DNA of 64,000 bases. Source: an uncultured virus (IMG/VR IMGVR_UViG_3300020048_003296) (Duplodnaviria; Heunggongvirae; Uroviricota; Caudoviricetes). A program made the position numbers and the translations under genes. The stretch is taken from positions 1 to 64,000 of IMG/VR virus record IMGVR_UViG_3300020048_003296; one strand, written 5' to 3'. This document shows positions 18,382-26,836 of this stretch, piece after piece. The notes beneath the pieces were generated by a model, which did not search any database, was not told the DNA's origin, and saw nothing but the letters and a program-made list of their open reading frames with translations. Each line of letters starts with the position of its first letter. Within the stretch, counting starts at the first letter, position 1.

Positions 18382-19817
18382 AAATAAGTAAGCCTACTTC
18401 CGATCCAGAACGCAGATTTTGTATAAATCTTATTATGTCCACGCAGTTCTGTAAAGAAATTATACCACTAATCCGCCCGCAGTATTTTCAAACTGTTTAC
18501 GCCAAAGAGGTTGCTTCTTGGTGCGTAGAATATTTCGAGCAATTTGAAAAAGCCCCACAAAAAGATATTAAGGAAATATATCATTCCAAGCGCCCACTTA
18601 TTCCGGATGAGGAAACCGTGGATTTATGTTCCACGTTTCTTTCTTCCATTAGTAAAATGTATGAAACGCTTGAAATAAATAATATACAATATGAAATCCA
18701 TTCTGCTGTTACATATTTAAAAGTACGTGCTCTTGAAATACTTGGCAATGCAATAACCGATTCCGTTACTAATAATGATCCTGCAAAAGGCGAGCAGGCA
18801 TACTCAAACTTTAAGCGCGTAGAAAAACCATTCGGGCAAGGCGTTTCACTTTTGCATGATGCAGTAAAAGTAACAAATGCTTTTATGGATGAAGATGATG
18901 TTTTATTCACATTTCCAGGAGCGTTTGGACAAGTGGCCGGAAAGTTTTGTCGTGGTGATTTTATTTCATTTCTCGCGCCAATGAAAAGAGGCAAGACGTG
19001 GTATCTTTGGTACACGGCAGAAACGGCATTGCATTTCGCGCATAAGGTTATTTATTTTACTCTCGAAATGACAGAAAACCAAATGATAAAAAGGGCGTGG
19101 AAGTCACTCGTTGCACAACCTAAGTTTAAATCAGATGTCATTATTCCATATTTTATAAAAGAAGACGATGATGAAAAATACGATGTAGAAACAAAAGAGG
19201 AAGAACGCGAAGGGATCGATACTACTGCAATTGAAGTAATGCAAAAAAAGTTTAGGCGCAAGTTTAGAAAAGGCGATGTGCGTATTATCGCATTGCCAAC
19301 AAAATCGGCAACGGTATCTGATTTAGTTTCTCATTTAGATAATATGGAACATTATGAAAACTTTATACCAGATGTAATAGTGGTTGATTATGCAGATATT
19401 CTTTTAGCGGGGCGTGGATTTAAAGGAGAATACAGACACCAGCTCGATGATATTTGGTCATCGTTAAGAAAACTTGCACAGGAAAGAAATTGCTTGGTTG
19501 TCACGGCTTCCCAAACAGAAAAGACAACATTTAAAAGTGATATAACGGAAGGGAGCGCGGCTGAAGATGTACGAAAAATCGCCCATATCACGTGCGGGCT
19601 TGCATTGAATCAAACAAAAGACGAAAGGGAAAAAGGAATTATAAGAGTATCGCAGGTTGTTTCTCGTGAAGAAAAAACAGCATTTCAACAAGCGGTAGTT
19701 TTACAATGTTTGGATATAGGACGCCCGTGTATCGATAGTAAACTGAGAAATGAAGTTAATATTGTAAAAGATACAGAAAATGAAGAAAAAAAGGAATACA
19801 CGCGAAAAAAGAAATAG
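18378..19817 (+). CDS. Replicative DnaB-like helicase
   Basis: Walker A APMKRGKT, TLEM, VVDYAD, TASQ. Confidence 0.88.
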   Translation: MKISKPTSDPERRFCINLIMSTQFCKEIIPLIRPQYFQTVYAKEVASWCVEYFEQFEKAPQKDIKEIYHSKRPLIPDEETVDLCSTFLSSISKMYETLEINNIQYEIHSAVTYLKVRALEILGNAITDSVTNNDPAKGEQAYSNFKRVEKPFGQGVSLLHDAVKVTNAFMDEDDVLFTFPGAFGQVAGKFCRGDFISFLAPMKRGKTWYLWYTAETALHFAHKVIYFTLEMTENQMIKRAWKSLVAQPKFKSDVIIPYFIKEDDDEKYDVETKEEEREGIDTTAIEVMQKKFRRKFRKGDVRIIALPTKSATVSDLVSHLDNMEHYENFIPDVIVVDYADILLAGRGFKGEYRHQLDDIWSSLRKLAQERNCLVVTASQTEKTTFKSDITEGSAAEDVRKIAHITCGLALNQTKDEREKGIIRVSQVVSREEKTAFQQAVVLQCLDIGRPCIDSKLRNEVNIVKDTENEEKKEYTRKKK

Positions 19818-19834
19818 ATTCGTCTATAATATAC

Positions 19835-20176
19835 ATGCAGGAGGAAAGAATGTTTTATTTGAAGAAGCGCATTGAAGTTGCTGGTGCTCATTGCCTTACA
19901 TTGGATTATCAAAGTAAATGCGCGAATGTCCACGGCCATAATTGGTGGATCACCGTTTACTGTAAAACCGAGGAATTGAATCAGAATGGCATGGTCACTG
20001 ATTTCACGCATATTAAAGAAAAAGTCATGGTATTGGATCATCAGAATCTAAACATGATTTTTGCTTTTAATCCTACGGCGGAAAATATCGCAAAGTATTT
20101 GGTTGAATCCATCGAGCATTGTTATCGTGTGGATGTGATTGAATCAGAAAATAATGAGGCATCGTATGAGATATAA
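19835..20176 (+). CDS. queD: 6-carboxy-5,6,7,8-tetrahydropterin synthase
   Basis: AH, CANVHGH, DF, LDH, PTAENIA motifs. Confidence 0.92.
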   Translation: MQEERMFYLKKRIEVAGAHCLTLDYQSKCANVHGHNWWITVYCKTEELNQNGMVTDFTHIKEKVMVLDHQNLNMIFAFNPTAENIAKYLVESIEHCYRVDVIESENNEASYEI

Positions 20177-21254
20177 ATGTTATTTGTGCAATAAAGAATT
20201 TACTAATAGACATGCACTCGCAGGCCATATTTCTCATCATAGCAGAACACAAAAAGATTATGATTTAAAAGGGATTCATACGAGCAAAACTATGTTAAAA
20301 AGATATGCATCCGGTGAAATAAATAGAGGCCCTTACACCACAGAAACACGGAATAAAATTTCTATTTCAAAACTAGGAATAAAAAATCCTAATTACAAAA
20401 ACGGCGTTTCAATAATGTTAAAAAATATTATTGCCGATAAAAAAGAATGTCTGGTTTGCGGGTCTACAAAAATTTTATGTGTTCATCATATAGATAGAAA
20501 TAATGAAAATAACGCGGAAAATAATTTAGTGGTTCTTTGTAAACACTGCCATGATAAGTTGCATCAGCGTGGATATAATTTTAGAAATGAAGAATGGTCA
20601 GTACAGATTAATGAATTTTTTACATCCATTCAGTGCGAAGGTAAAAATGTAGGTGTAGCAAGTCATTTTATACGATTAGCCGGATGCTCTATAAAATGTG
20701 CGTGGTGCGATTCTAAATCCGCGTGGGGGGCAAGCAAAGGATATTTTTATAATGACGTTTTGGATATTTTTAATCAATTTATTTTGAAACATCCGAATGT
20801 TACTAATTTGGTAATAACAGGCGGCGAACCGCTGGAACAAAATTATTACCCAATTGTTTTATTTGCTAAGATTTTTGGATTCACCGTGGAGGTAGAAACA
20901 AGTGGTTCGCCTTTATTACAAAACTCATTAAAAAGCAGAATGTATAATGAAGTGGATTTATATAATATTTCACCAAAGTTATGGATCGATAATTTCGGTA
21001 AAAAATTCACACGCCAAAAAGTTGCGTTCTTGCTACATCATTATGTTAGTATTTTTAAATTTGTCATTGACTCAGATGCAGATTTTGATAAAGTTAATGC
21101 CTTTATTACAAGACACAAAATACCAGAATCAAAAATTTATATCCAATGCCAATTTGAGAATAAATCAATGATGGAAAAATGTATTGAGCATATAAAAGAT
21201 TCAGGAAGAAAACGATTATCAATCCAGTTACATAAACTAATAAACATACGATAG
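20166..21254 (+). CDS. queE: 7-carboxy-7-deazaguanine synthase with N-terminal C2H2/HNH endonuclease fusion
   Basis: SIQCEG, radical-SAM CSIKCAWCD, ITGGEP, ETSG, ISPK, QLHK; N-terminal HHID..N..N..CKHCH. Confidence 0.85.
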   Translation: MRYKCYLCNKEFTNRHALAGHISHHSRTQKDYDLKGIHTSKTMLKRYASGEINRGPYTTETRNKISISKLGIKNPNYKNGVSIMLKNIIADKKECLVCGSTKILCVHHIDRNNENNAENNLVVLCKHCHDKLHQRGYNFRNEEWSVQINEFFTSIQCEGKNVGVASHFIRLAGCSIKCAWCDSKSAWGASKGYFYNDVLDIFNQFILKHPNVTNLVITGGEPLEQNYYPIVLFAKIFGFTVEVETSGSPLLQNSLKSRMYNEVDLYNISPKLWIDNFGKKFTRQKVAFLLHHYVSIFKFVIDSDADFDKVNAFITRHKIPESKIYIQCQFENKSMMEKCIEHIKDSGRKRLSIQLHKLINIR

Positions 21255-21265
21255 GGGGAAAAGGA

Positions 21266-21826
21266 ATGATTGACAGAATAGGTGCAGAAAATTGTGTGCG
21301 TGGATTGCTCGAATACATTGGGCAAGATCCAAGTCGCGAAGGTTTGAAAGATACGCCCAAACGTGTTATAAAATCTTATGATAAACTTTTCGGTGGGTAC
21401 ATGCTTACCGCGGAACAAGTGCTTGGAACATCATTTGCAGAGTTTGGTGATTATGATGAAATGATTATTCTAAAAGATATTGATTATTTCAGCACTTGCG
21501 AGCACCATATTTTGCCTTTTTCGGGTAAGGTCCATATTGCATATATACCGAATAAAAAGGTAGTTGGTATTTCAAAGTTGGCGCGCCTTGTTGAAATGCA
21601 TAGCAGGCGCTTGCAGATTCAAGAACGCATGACCGCAGATATCGCATTGGACATTGAAAGAATACTTGAACCGTTGGGCGTTGCGGTGCTTGTCGAAGGA
21701 CAGCATTATTGTATTAAGGCGCGAGGTGTAGAAAAAATTAATTCAATAATGACCACAAGCAAGTTGACCGGCGTATTCCGCAAGATTGAAGTGCGTGAGG
21801 AATTTTTTTCATTGGTGAGGAAGTAA
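21266..21826 (+). CDS. folE: GTP cyclohydrolase I
   Basis: TPKRV, CEHHILPF, GISKLAR, QIQERMT, HYC. Confidence 0.95.
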   Translation: MIDRIGAENCVRGLLEYIGQDPSREGLKDTPKRVIKSYDKLFGGYMLTAEQVLGTSFAEFGDYDEMIILKDIDYFSTCEHHILPFSGKVHIAYIPNKKVVGISKLARLVEMHSRRLQIQERMTADIALDIERILEPLGVAVLVEGQHYCIKARGVEKINSIMTTSKLTGVFRKIEVREEFFSLVRK

Positions 21827-21827
21827 A

Positions 21828-22697
21828 ATGGGCTCATTAAACCTCATTGATAATAAAGAAAAACACCGTATTAGGGATGAAACAAAAAAGGCACGTATTA
21901 ATGGCCCTTTTAAACCAATACTATCAAAAGACGGGAAACCAATTCTTACATCAATATGGTGCCCATCCACCGAGGACATGCAAGAGTATTACGAGGTTCC
22001 TTTTTACGCTGAAATTAAATTGACAGGAAGAACATTTCCTTATGTAGTGCGAAATTTGATTCAGTTATACTCTAATGAAGGGGACACTGTCTATGATCCC
22101 ATGATGGGCACCGGAACCACATTGTATGAAGGAAATATACTGAAGCGAAAAGTATTTGGTTCTGATTTACATGCTGGGCGCGTTGAAAGTTTTAAGACAC
22201 GTTGGTCCAAATATGTTTCAAAAAAATTACCCAAAATTGCATTATGTTCCGCAAGTGAAATACCAATGCCGAATAATAGTGTGGATCTTTTGATAATGTC
22301 TTTTCCATGGTTCAGCAGTTGGGAATTTGCGGATGATCCCAATAATGAAAGTATGGATAATTACAAAGAATTAGAAGAGTTCATGCAATTAACGGAAAAA
22401 ATATATACAGAAATAAAACGTGTATTAAAGCCGGGTGGATTTGCTTGCAATATTTTGGGCAATACATACAGAAAAGGCGTTTATTATCCTATCACAATGA
22501 AGTCCATGGGAATAATTGAAAAAGTTGGGCTAAAATTGTGGTATCAGTTTTGGAATATGCGCGTGGATATCAATTCAATTAAATTTCCATGGAATCGTTC
22601 CGGCATTGATACCGTGGTAAATAAGGCTGGAAACGGAATAGCATGGGATATCCATGAAGATATTATTGTTGCGCGAAAACCAGGAGGATCAAAATAA
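21828..22697 (+). CDS. SAM-dependent methyltransferase, DNA amino-methylase-like
   Basis: Motif I YDPMMGTGT; atypical motif IV SFPW; RVLKPGG. Confidence 0.8.
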   Translation: MGSLNLIDNKEKHRIRDETKKARINGPFKPILSKDGKPILTSIWCPSTEDMQEYYEVPFYAEIKLTGRTFPYVVRNLIQLYSNEGDTVYDPMMGTGTTLYEGNILKRKVFGSDLHAGRVESFKTRWSKYVSKKLPKIALCSASEIPMPNNSVDLLIMSFPWFSSWEFADDPNNESMDNYKELEEFMQLTEKIYTEIKRVLKPGGFACNILGNTYRKGVYYPITMKSMGIIEKVGLKLWYQFWNMRVDINSIKFPWNRSGIDTVVNKAGNGIAWDIHEDIIVARKPGGSK

Positions 22698-23341
22698 TGA
22701 AAACTGTTATAATTTGTTCCGGTGGATTGGACAGTACCGTTCTTTATTATCACGCAAAAGTGCAAGGATACGAAATAATCCCAGTTAATTTTTCTTACGG
22801 TTCAAAACATAATCACATTGAACGAGAACGGGCAAAACTACTTATACCGGATTTGCGTTGTATCGATATTGATTTGTCTTTTCTCAAAAGTTCTTTATTG
22901 TCCGGACAAGACGCAATTCCACAAGGACATTATGAAGCCAAGAATATGAAATCCACGGTGGTTCCTTTTCGCAATGGCATAATGCTTTCTTATGCTATTG
23001 CAATTGCCGAAAATGAAGAGGCGGGGTGTGTTATGCTTGGATCACATGCCGGAGATCACACAATATATCCAGATTGTCGCCCATCATTTACCCGCGCAAT
23101 GAATCAGGCCAGTAAAAAAGGCACATTTAACGGTGTTAGAGTTTTATCACCATTTAATAACTATTCAAAAGGCGGAATCGTAAAAGTAGGAAAAAGCATG
23201 GGCATTGAAGCTATTATGAATAAAACATGGACATGCTATGAAGGACAGGAAATTCATTGCGGAAAATGCGGGTCATGCGTTGAAAGAAAAGAAGCGTTTG
23301 CGTTTGCCAGAGTTGCCGATTTAACTGGGTATAGGGAATAA
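22697..23341 (+). CDS. queC: 7-cyano-7-deazaguanine synthase
   Basis: SGGLDS, VPFRN, YPDCR, TWTCY, CGKCGSC. Confidence 0.95.
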   Translation: MKTVIICSGGLDSTVLYYHAKVQGYEIIPVNFSYGSKHNHIERERAKLLIPDLRCIDIDLSFLKSSLLSGQDAIPQGHYEAKNMKSTVVPFRNGIMLSYAIAIAENEEAGCVMLGSHAGDHTIYPDCRPSFTRAMNQASKKGTFNGVRVLSPFNNYSKGGIVKVGKSMGIEAIMNKTWTCYEGQEIHCGKCGSCVERKEAFAFARVADLTGYRE

Positions 23342-23342
23342 A

Positions 23343-24188
23343 ATGATAATCTACCATGGCGGCATTGGAAAAGACATACAAGAAGTAAGTAACGAGAAAT
23401 TCAATTGCCTCATTACTTACGCCGCAGTTAAAAAAATAAAGTGGCAGCCATGGTGGGACAAATTATTCATTGACTCAGGCGCGTTTTCCGTATTCAATTC
23501 GGGAAAAACAATTGATATAGAAAAGTACATTGATTATTTACTTGGATGGGAAGCGGAAAAGAAAGACATCGTGTATGCGGCACTCGATGTTATTGGCGAT
23601 CCTGATGCCAGTTATAAAAATTATAAATTGATGTTGAAACGTGGATTAAATCCATTGCCCGCATATCATATTGGGGAAGAGCTTATTTATGCCGCTAAAT
23701 ATATAAAACACACAAATTATATAGCATTGGGGGGAACGGTCGGTTCAAGCCCTAAAAAAAGATTGCGTTTTTTCAATACGATGTTTGAATTAAATCCTGA
23801 TCCTAAAAAAATTGGTTACCATGGATTTGGTGTTACTGCGCCACCATTGGTGATAAAATATCCATGGGCTACAATTGATTCCACCATGGCAATGCGTTGG
23901 GGCATGTTTGGGCAGATATTAACCCCAAAAGGTCGATTTACCGCAATGAATAGCACGAATAGGAATTCACACTTAAGCAGAAAAGGTGAAGCAAATATAG
24001 CAGAATTAAAGCGGACATGGTTTGATACAATTGGGGTCGATTGGGATCTTTTATTGTCTGAGGATAAAATTGGGGCGGCATGCAAGGTATACAATAATAT
24101 TAAGGCATTGGAATATTATGGTTCACTTGTTCCGGCTACATTCAAAGCAAATAATAATCACGTGCTTTCTTTATTGGAGGACGAATGA
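23343..24188 (+). CDS. dpdA: TGT-fold DNA deazaguanine transglycosylase (DpdA-like)
   Basis: DSGAFS, LDVIGD, PAYH, ALGG, HGFG, IDST; sits in the preQ0 cluster. Confidence 0.75.
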   Translation: MIIYHGGIGKDIQEVSNEKFNCLITYAAVKKIKWQPWWDKLFIDSGAFSVFNSGKTIDIEKYIDYLLGWEAEKKDIVYAALDVIGDPDASYKNYKLMLKRGLNPLPAYHIGEELIYAAKYIKHTNYIALGGTVGSSPKKRLRFFNTMFELNPDPKKIGYHGFGVTAPPLVIKYPWATIDSTMAMRWGMFGQILTPKGRFTAMNSTNRNSHLSRKGEANIAELKRTWFDTIGVDWDLLLSEDKIGAACKVYNNIKALEYYGSLVPATFKANNNHVLSLLEDE

Positions 24189-24613
24189 TCTTAGCCTTGG
24201 TCGGTTGTGGTAAATCAAAACTAATACACGAGGCCGCGGCTGAAAAATTGTACATTTCCACGTTATTCAAACTTTCTTTGCAATACGCAAAAGAGAACGC
24301 AGATTATGTTTGTATTCTTAGCGCAAAGCACGGATTGCTTCCGTTAAATCGTATTGTAGTCCCATACAATGAATCTTTAAATACGAAAACGGATGCAGAA
24401 ATAAAAATATGGTCTAAACTTGTATATAAAGATATATTGAAATTAAAAATACCAGATTTAGAAATAATATATATTTGTGGTTCATCGTATAAAAAATATT
24501 TAATGCAGTGGCTTCCAGGAAAAGATCCTTTGTTAGGTTTGGGTCTTGGTAAACGATTGCAGTGGTTAAAACAACATATTGCTAAAGGCAATAAAAATAC
24601 ATTATTCGATTAA
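24185..24613 (+). CDS. DUF6884-like (GCxxxK...LSAKHGL) protein
   Basis: LVGCGKSK, LYISTLF, ILSAKHGL, PYN motifs. Confidence 0.7.
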   Translation: MILALVGCGKSKLIHEAAAEKLYISTLFKLSLQYAKENADYVCILSAKHGLLPLNRIVVPYNESLNTKTDAEIKIWSKLVYKDILKLKIPDLEIIYICGSSYKKYLMQWLPGKDPLLGLGLGKRLQWLKQHIAKGNKNTLFD

Positions 24614-24623
24614 AGGGGTAACT

Positions 24624-25715
24624 ATGAACATCGACAGAAAAGAACTTTTGAAGGTTCTCAAACTTGCGCTTCCCGGTGTGGAAAGTGGTAACGTCATTCT
24701 CGAAGGCGCAGATACATTTATTTTTAGTGATGGTTTTATCCATACCTATAATGATAATATATCCGTTTCTGTTCCGTTTATTTTTACTAACAAAGCCGGT
24801 GAAAATGTATCAGGCGCATTGAAGGCAAAGGATTTTTACGATCTTATAAATCGCTATGCTGAGGACAATCTCAAGTTTATCCCAAAAGAAGGCGTATGGA
24901 TTATTAAATCAGAAAATGCCACTGCCGAATTGACGTTGCTTGAGTCAGGTTTGCTTGAGCGTGTTAAGAATATATTCCCAAGCAAAATAAAGTGGGATAA
25001 ACTGCCCGAGCGTTTTATTGAAGGCATCGCGCTTTGTAATTTTACCGCGAATAAATCCGTTCTTTCCGGTATCCATGTTTGTGAAGATATTATTACAAGC
25101 ACGGATGAAATAAGAATCAATTGGTACAAAATGGAAAGCGCAGTACCGAAAGAAAAAGCATTTTGGATTTCCGATATCGCGGCAGTGGAATTGGGGAAAC
25201 TGAATAATATTAAAAAGTATTCTGTTTCAGATTCATGGGTGCATTTTGAAACAGAAGACAAAACCATATTTTCCTGCAAGCGATTGGCACAAGATAAATA
25301 TCCTTATGCGAAAATTAGTTCCATGATCGCTTCACACGCAAAAGAAAAAGGCGATATTGGGAATCAATTGCCCGAGAAGCTTATGGACGCAGTGCGCAGG
25401 GCATCTTCATTGTCGCAGAATATCGAGTCATTTAATACAATTAAATTGACGTTGGATACCGATAGCATCGAAGTATTTTCCCAAAGGCCAAGCGGGAAGT
25501 ATACGGAAAAAGTAGCATGGGCAAAATCATTCACCAAAGAAATAAAACCAATAGGAATTCACGTGGATTTTGCAATGATAGAAAACGCGATAAAATATAG
25601 CAAAACATTTTATCTAAAATCTATCACGACAAAAGATAAAACTACGGTAAGGATTATTTTCGTGCATGAGAACGGGATGCAGTTGGTTTCTACATTCGAT
25701 GGCGGGGAAGAATAA
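24624..25715 (+). CDS. Sliding clamp (beta-clamp-like)
   Basis: About 360 aa; MNIDRKELL start, LSGIHV...STD and KYP patterns like DnaN. Confidence 0.65.
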   Translation: MNIDRKELLKVLKLALPGVESGNVILEGADTFIFSDGFIHTYNDNISVSVPFIFTNKAGENVSGALKAKDFYDLINRYAEDNLKFIPKEGVWIIKSENATAELTLLESGLLERVKNIFPSKIKWDKLPERFIEGIALCNFTANKSVLSGIHVCEDIITSTDEIRINWYKMESAVPKEKAFWISDIAAVELGKLNNIKKYSVSDSWVHFETEDKTIFSCKRLAQDKYPYAKISSMIASHAKEKGDIGNQLPEKLMDAVRRASSLSQNIESFNTIKLTLDTDSIEVFSQRPSGKYTEKVAWAKSFTKEIKPIGIHVDFAMIENAIKYSKTFYLKSITTKDKTTVRIIFVHENGMQLVSTFDGGEE

Positions 25716-25726
25716 AGAAGGGATAT

Positions 25727-26836
25727 ATGCAAACCATAAAAGGAAAATATAATAGCGCCAATGTTATGATTGATTCTATTGATGATACCACACGGGCGCA
25801 GATACAGAACTTTGTAAATAATCCATCATTTGGTAAATCGTATATTGCCATTATGCCAGATTGCCACGCAGGCGCTGGTTCATGTATCGGCTTTACGATG
25901 CAAATGAATGATAGAATTATTCCAGATGTGGTTGGCGTGGATATCGGGTGCGGTATGCTATCATGCAAATTTGACGTAGAAACTTTGGATGCCCGATTAT
26001 TCGATAATTATATAAAAGAAAATATACCATCAGGATTCAGCGTCAACAATAACGAAATAAAACATAATTATTTTTATGAAAAAACAGTGGCGAAACTTGG
26101 CATGGATTTTGGTAGAGTATCGCGTGCAATAGGAACGCTCGGCGGTGGTAATCATTTTATTGAAGCGGGGTTTAGTTCTGATGGAAAACTGTGGGTTACC
26201 ATTCATTCAGGCAGTAGAAACTTTGGAATGCACATTGCGGCGTATCATAGCAATATTGCAAAAAAGTTTTGTAAATTATATGGCGCAGATACACAAGGCA
26301 TTCCATTTTTGTTAGTCGATACGGAACACGGCCAGGATTATATTGCAGACCAACTTATTGGTTCAAATTACGCAAGTTTAAACCGATACACAATGATGCA
26401 GACTTTACAAAAATACTTTGAAAAAGATCCAATGGAATCAATCGAATCTATCCATAATTTTATTGATGGTTCTGGTATGATACGAAAAGGCGCAACGCCC
26501 GCGCATGAAGGACAGAAAGTTATAATCCCTTTTAATATGCGCGATGGTTTGGCAATCTGTTGTGGTAAAGGATCAAAAAAATATAATTATTCCGCGCCTC
26601 ATGGGGCTGGAAGAATATATTCACGCAGTAAAGCAAAAGAAGTATTGGATGTAGATTATTTTCAAGCCGATATGAAACAAGCTGGCGTATTTACCACAAC
26701 GGCAAATAAAGGCACACTTGACGAGTCACCTGATGCTTATAAAGATAAAAATATTATTTTAGACAATATAAGCGAAACGGTGTCTATAATAGAATTCGTG
26801 AAACCAATATACAATTTTAAAGCAGGTGGTGAATAA
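25727..26836 (+). CDS. rtcB: RtcB RNA ligase
   Basis: MPDCHAG, VGVDIGCG, GTLGGGNHF, HSGSR, HN, RKGA, HGAGR, DESPDAYK. Confidence 0.95.
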   Translation: MQTIKGKYNSANVMIDSIDDTTRAQIQNFVNNPSFGKSYIAIMPDCHAGAGSCIGFTMQMNDRIIPDVVGVDIGCGMLSCKFDVETLDARLFDNYIKENIPSGFSVNNNEIKHNYFYEKTVAKLGMDFGRVSRAIGTLGGGNHFIEAGFSSDGKLWVTIHSGSRNFGMHIAAYHSNIAKKFCKLYGADTQGIPFLLVDTEHGQDYIADQLIGSNYASLNRYTMMQTLQKYFEKDPMESIESIHNFIDGSGMIRKGATPAHEGQKVIIPFNMRDGLAICCGKGSKKYNYSAPHGAGRIYSRSKAKEVLDVDYFQADMKQAGVFTTTANKGTLDESPDAYKDKNIILDNISETVSIIEFVKPIYNFKAGGE

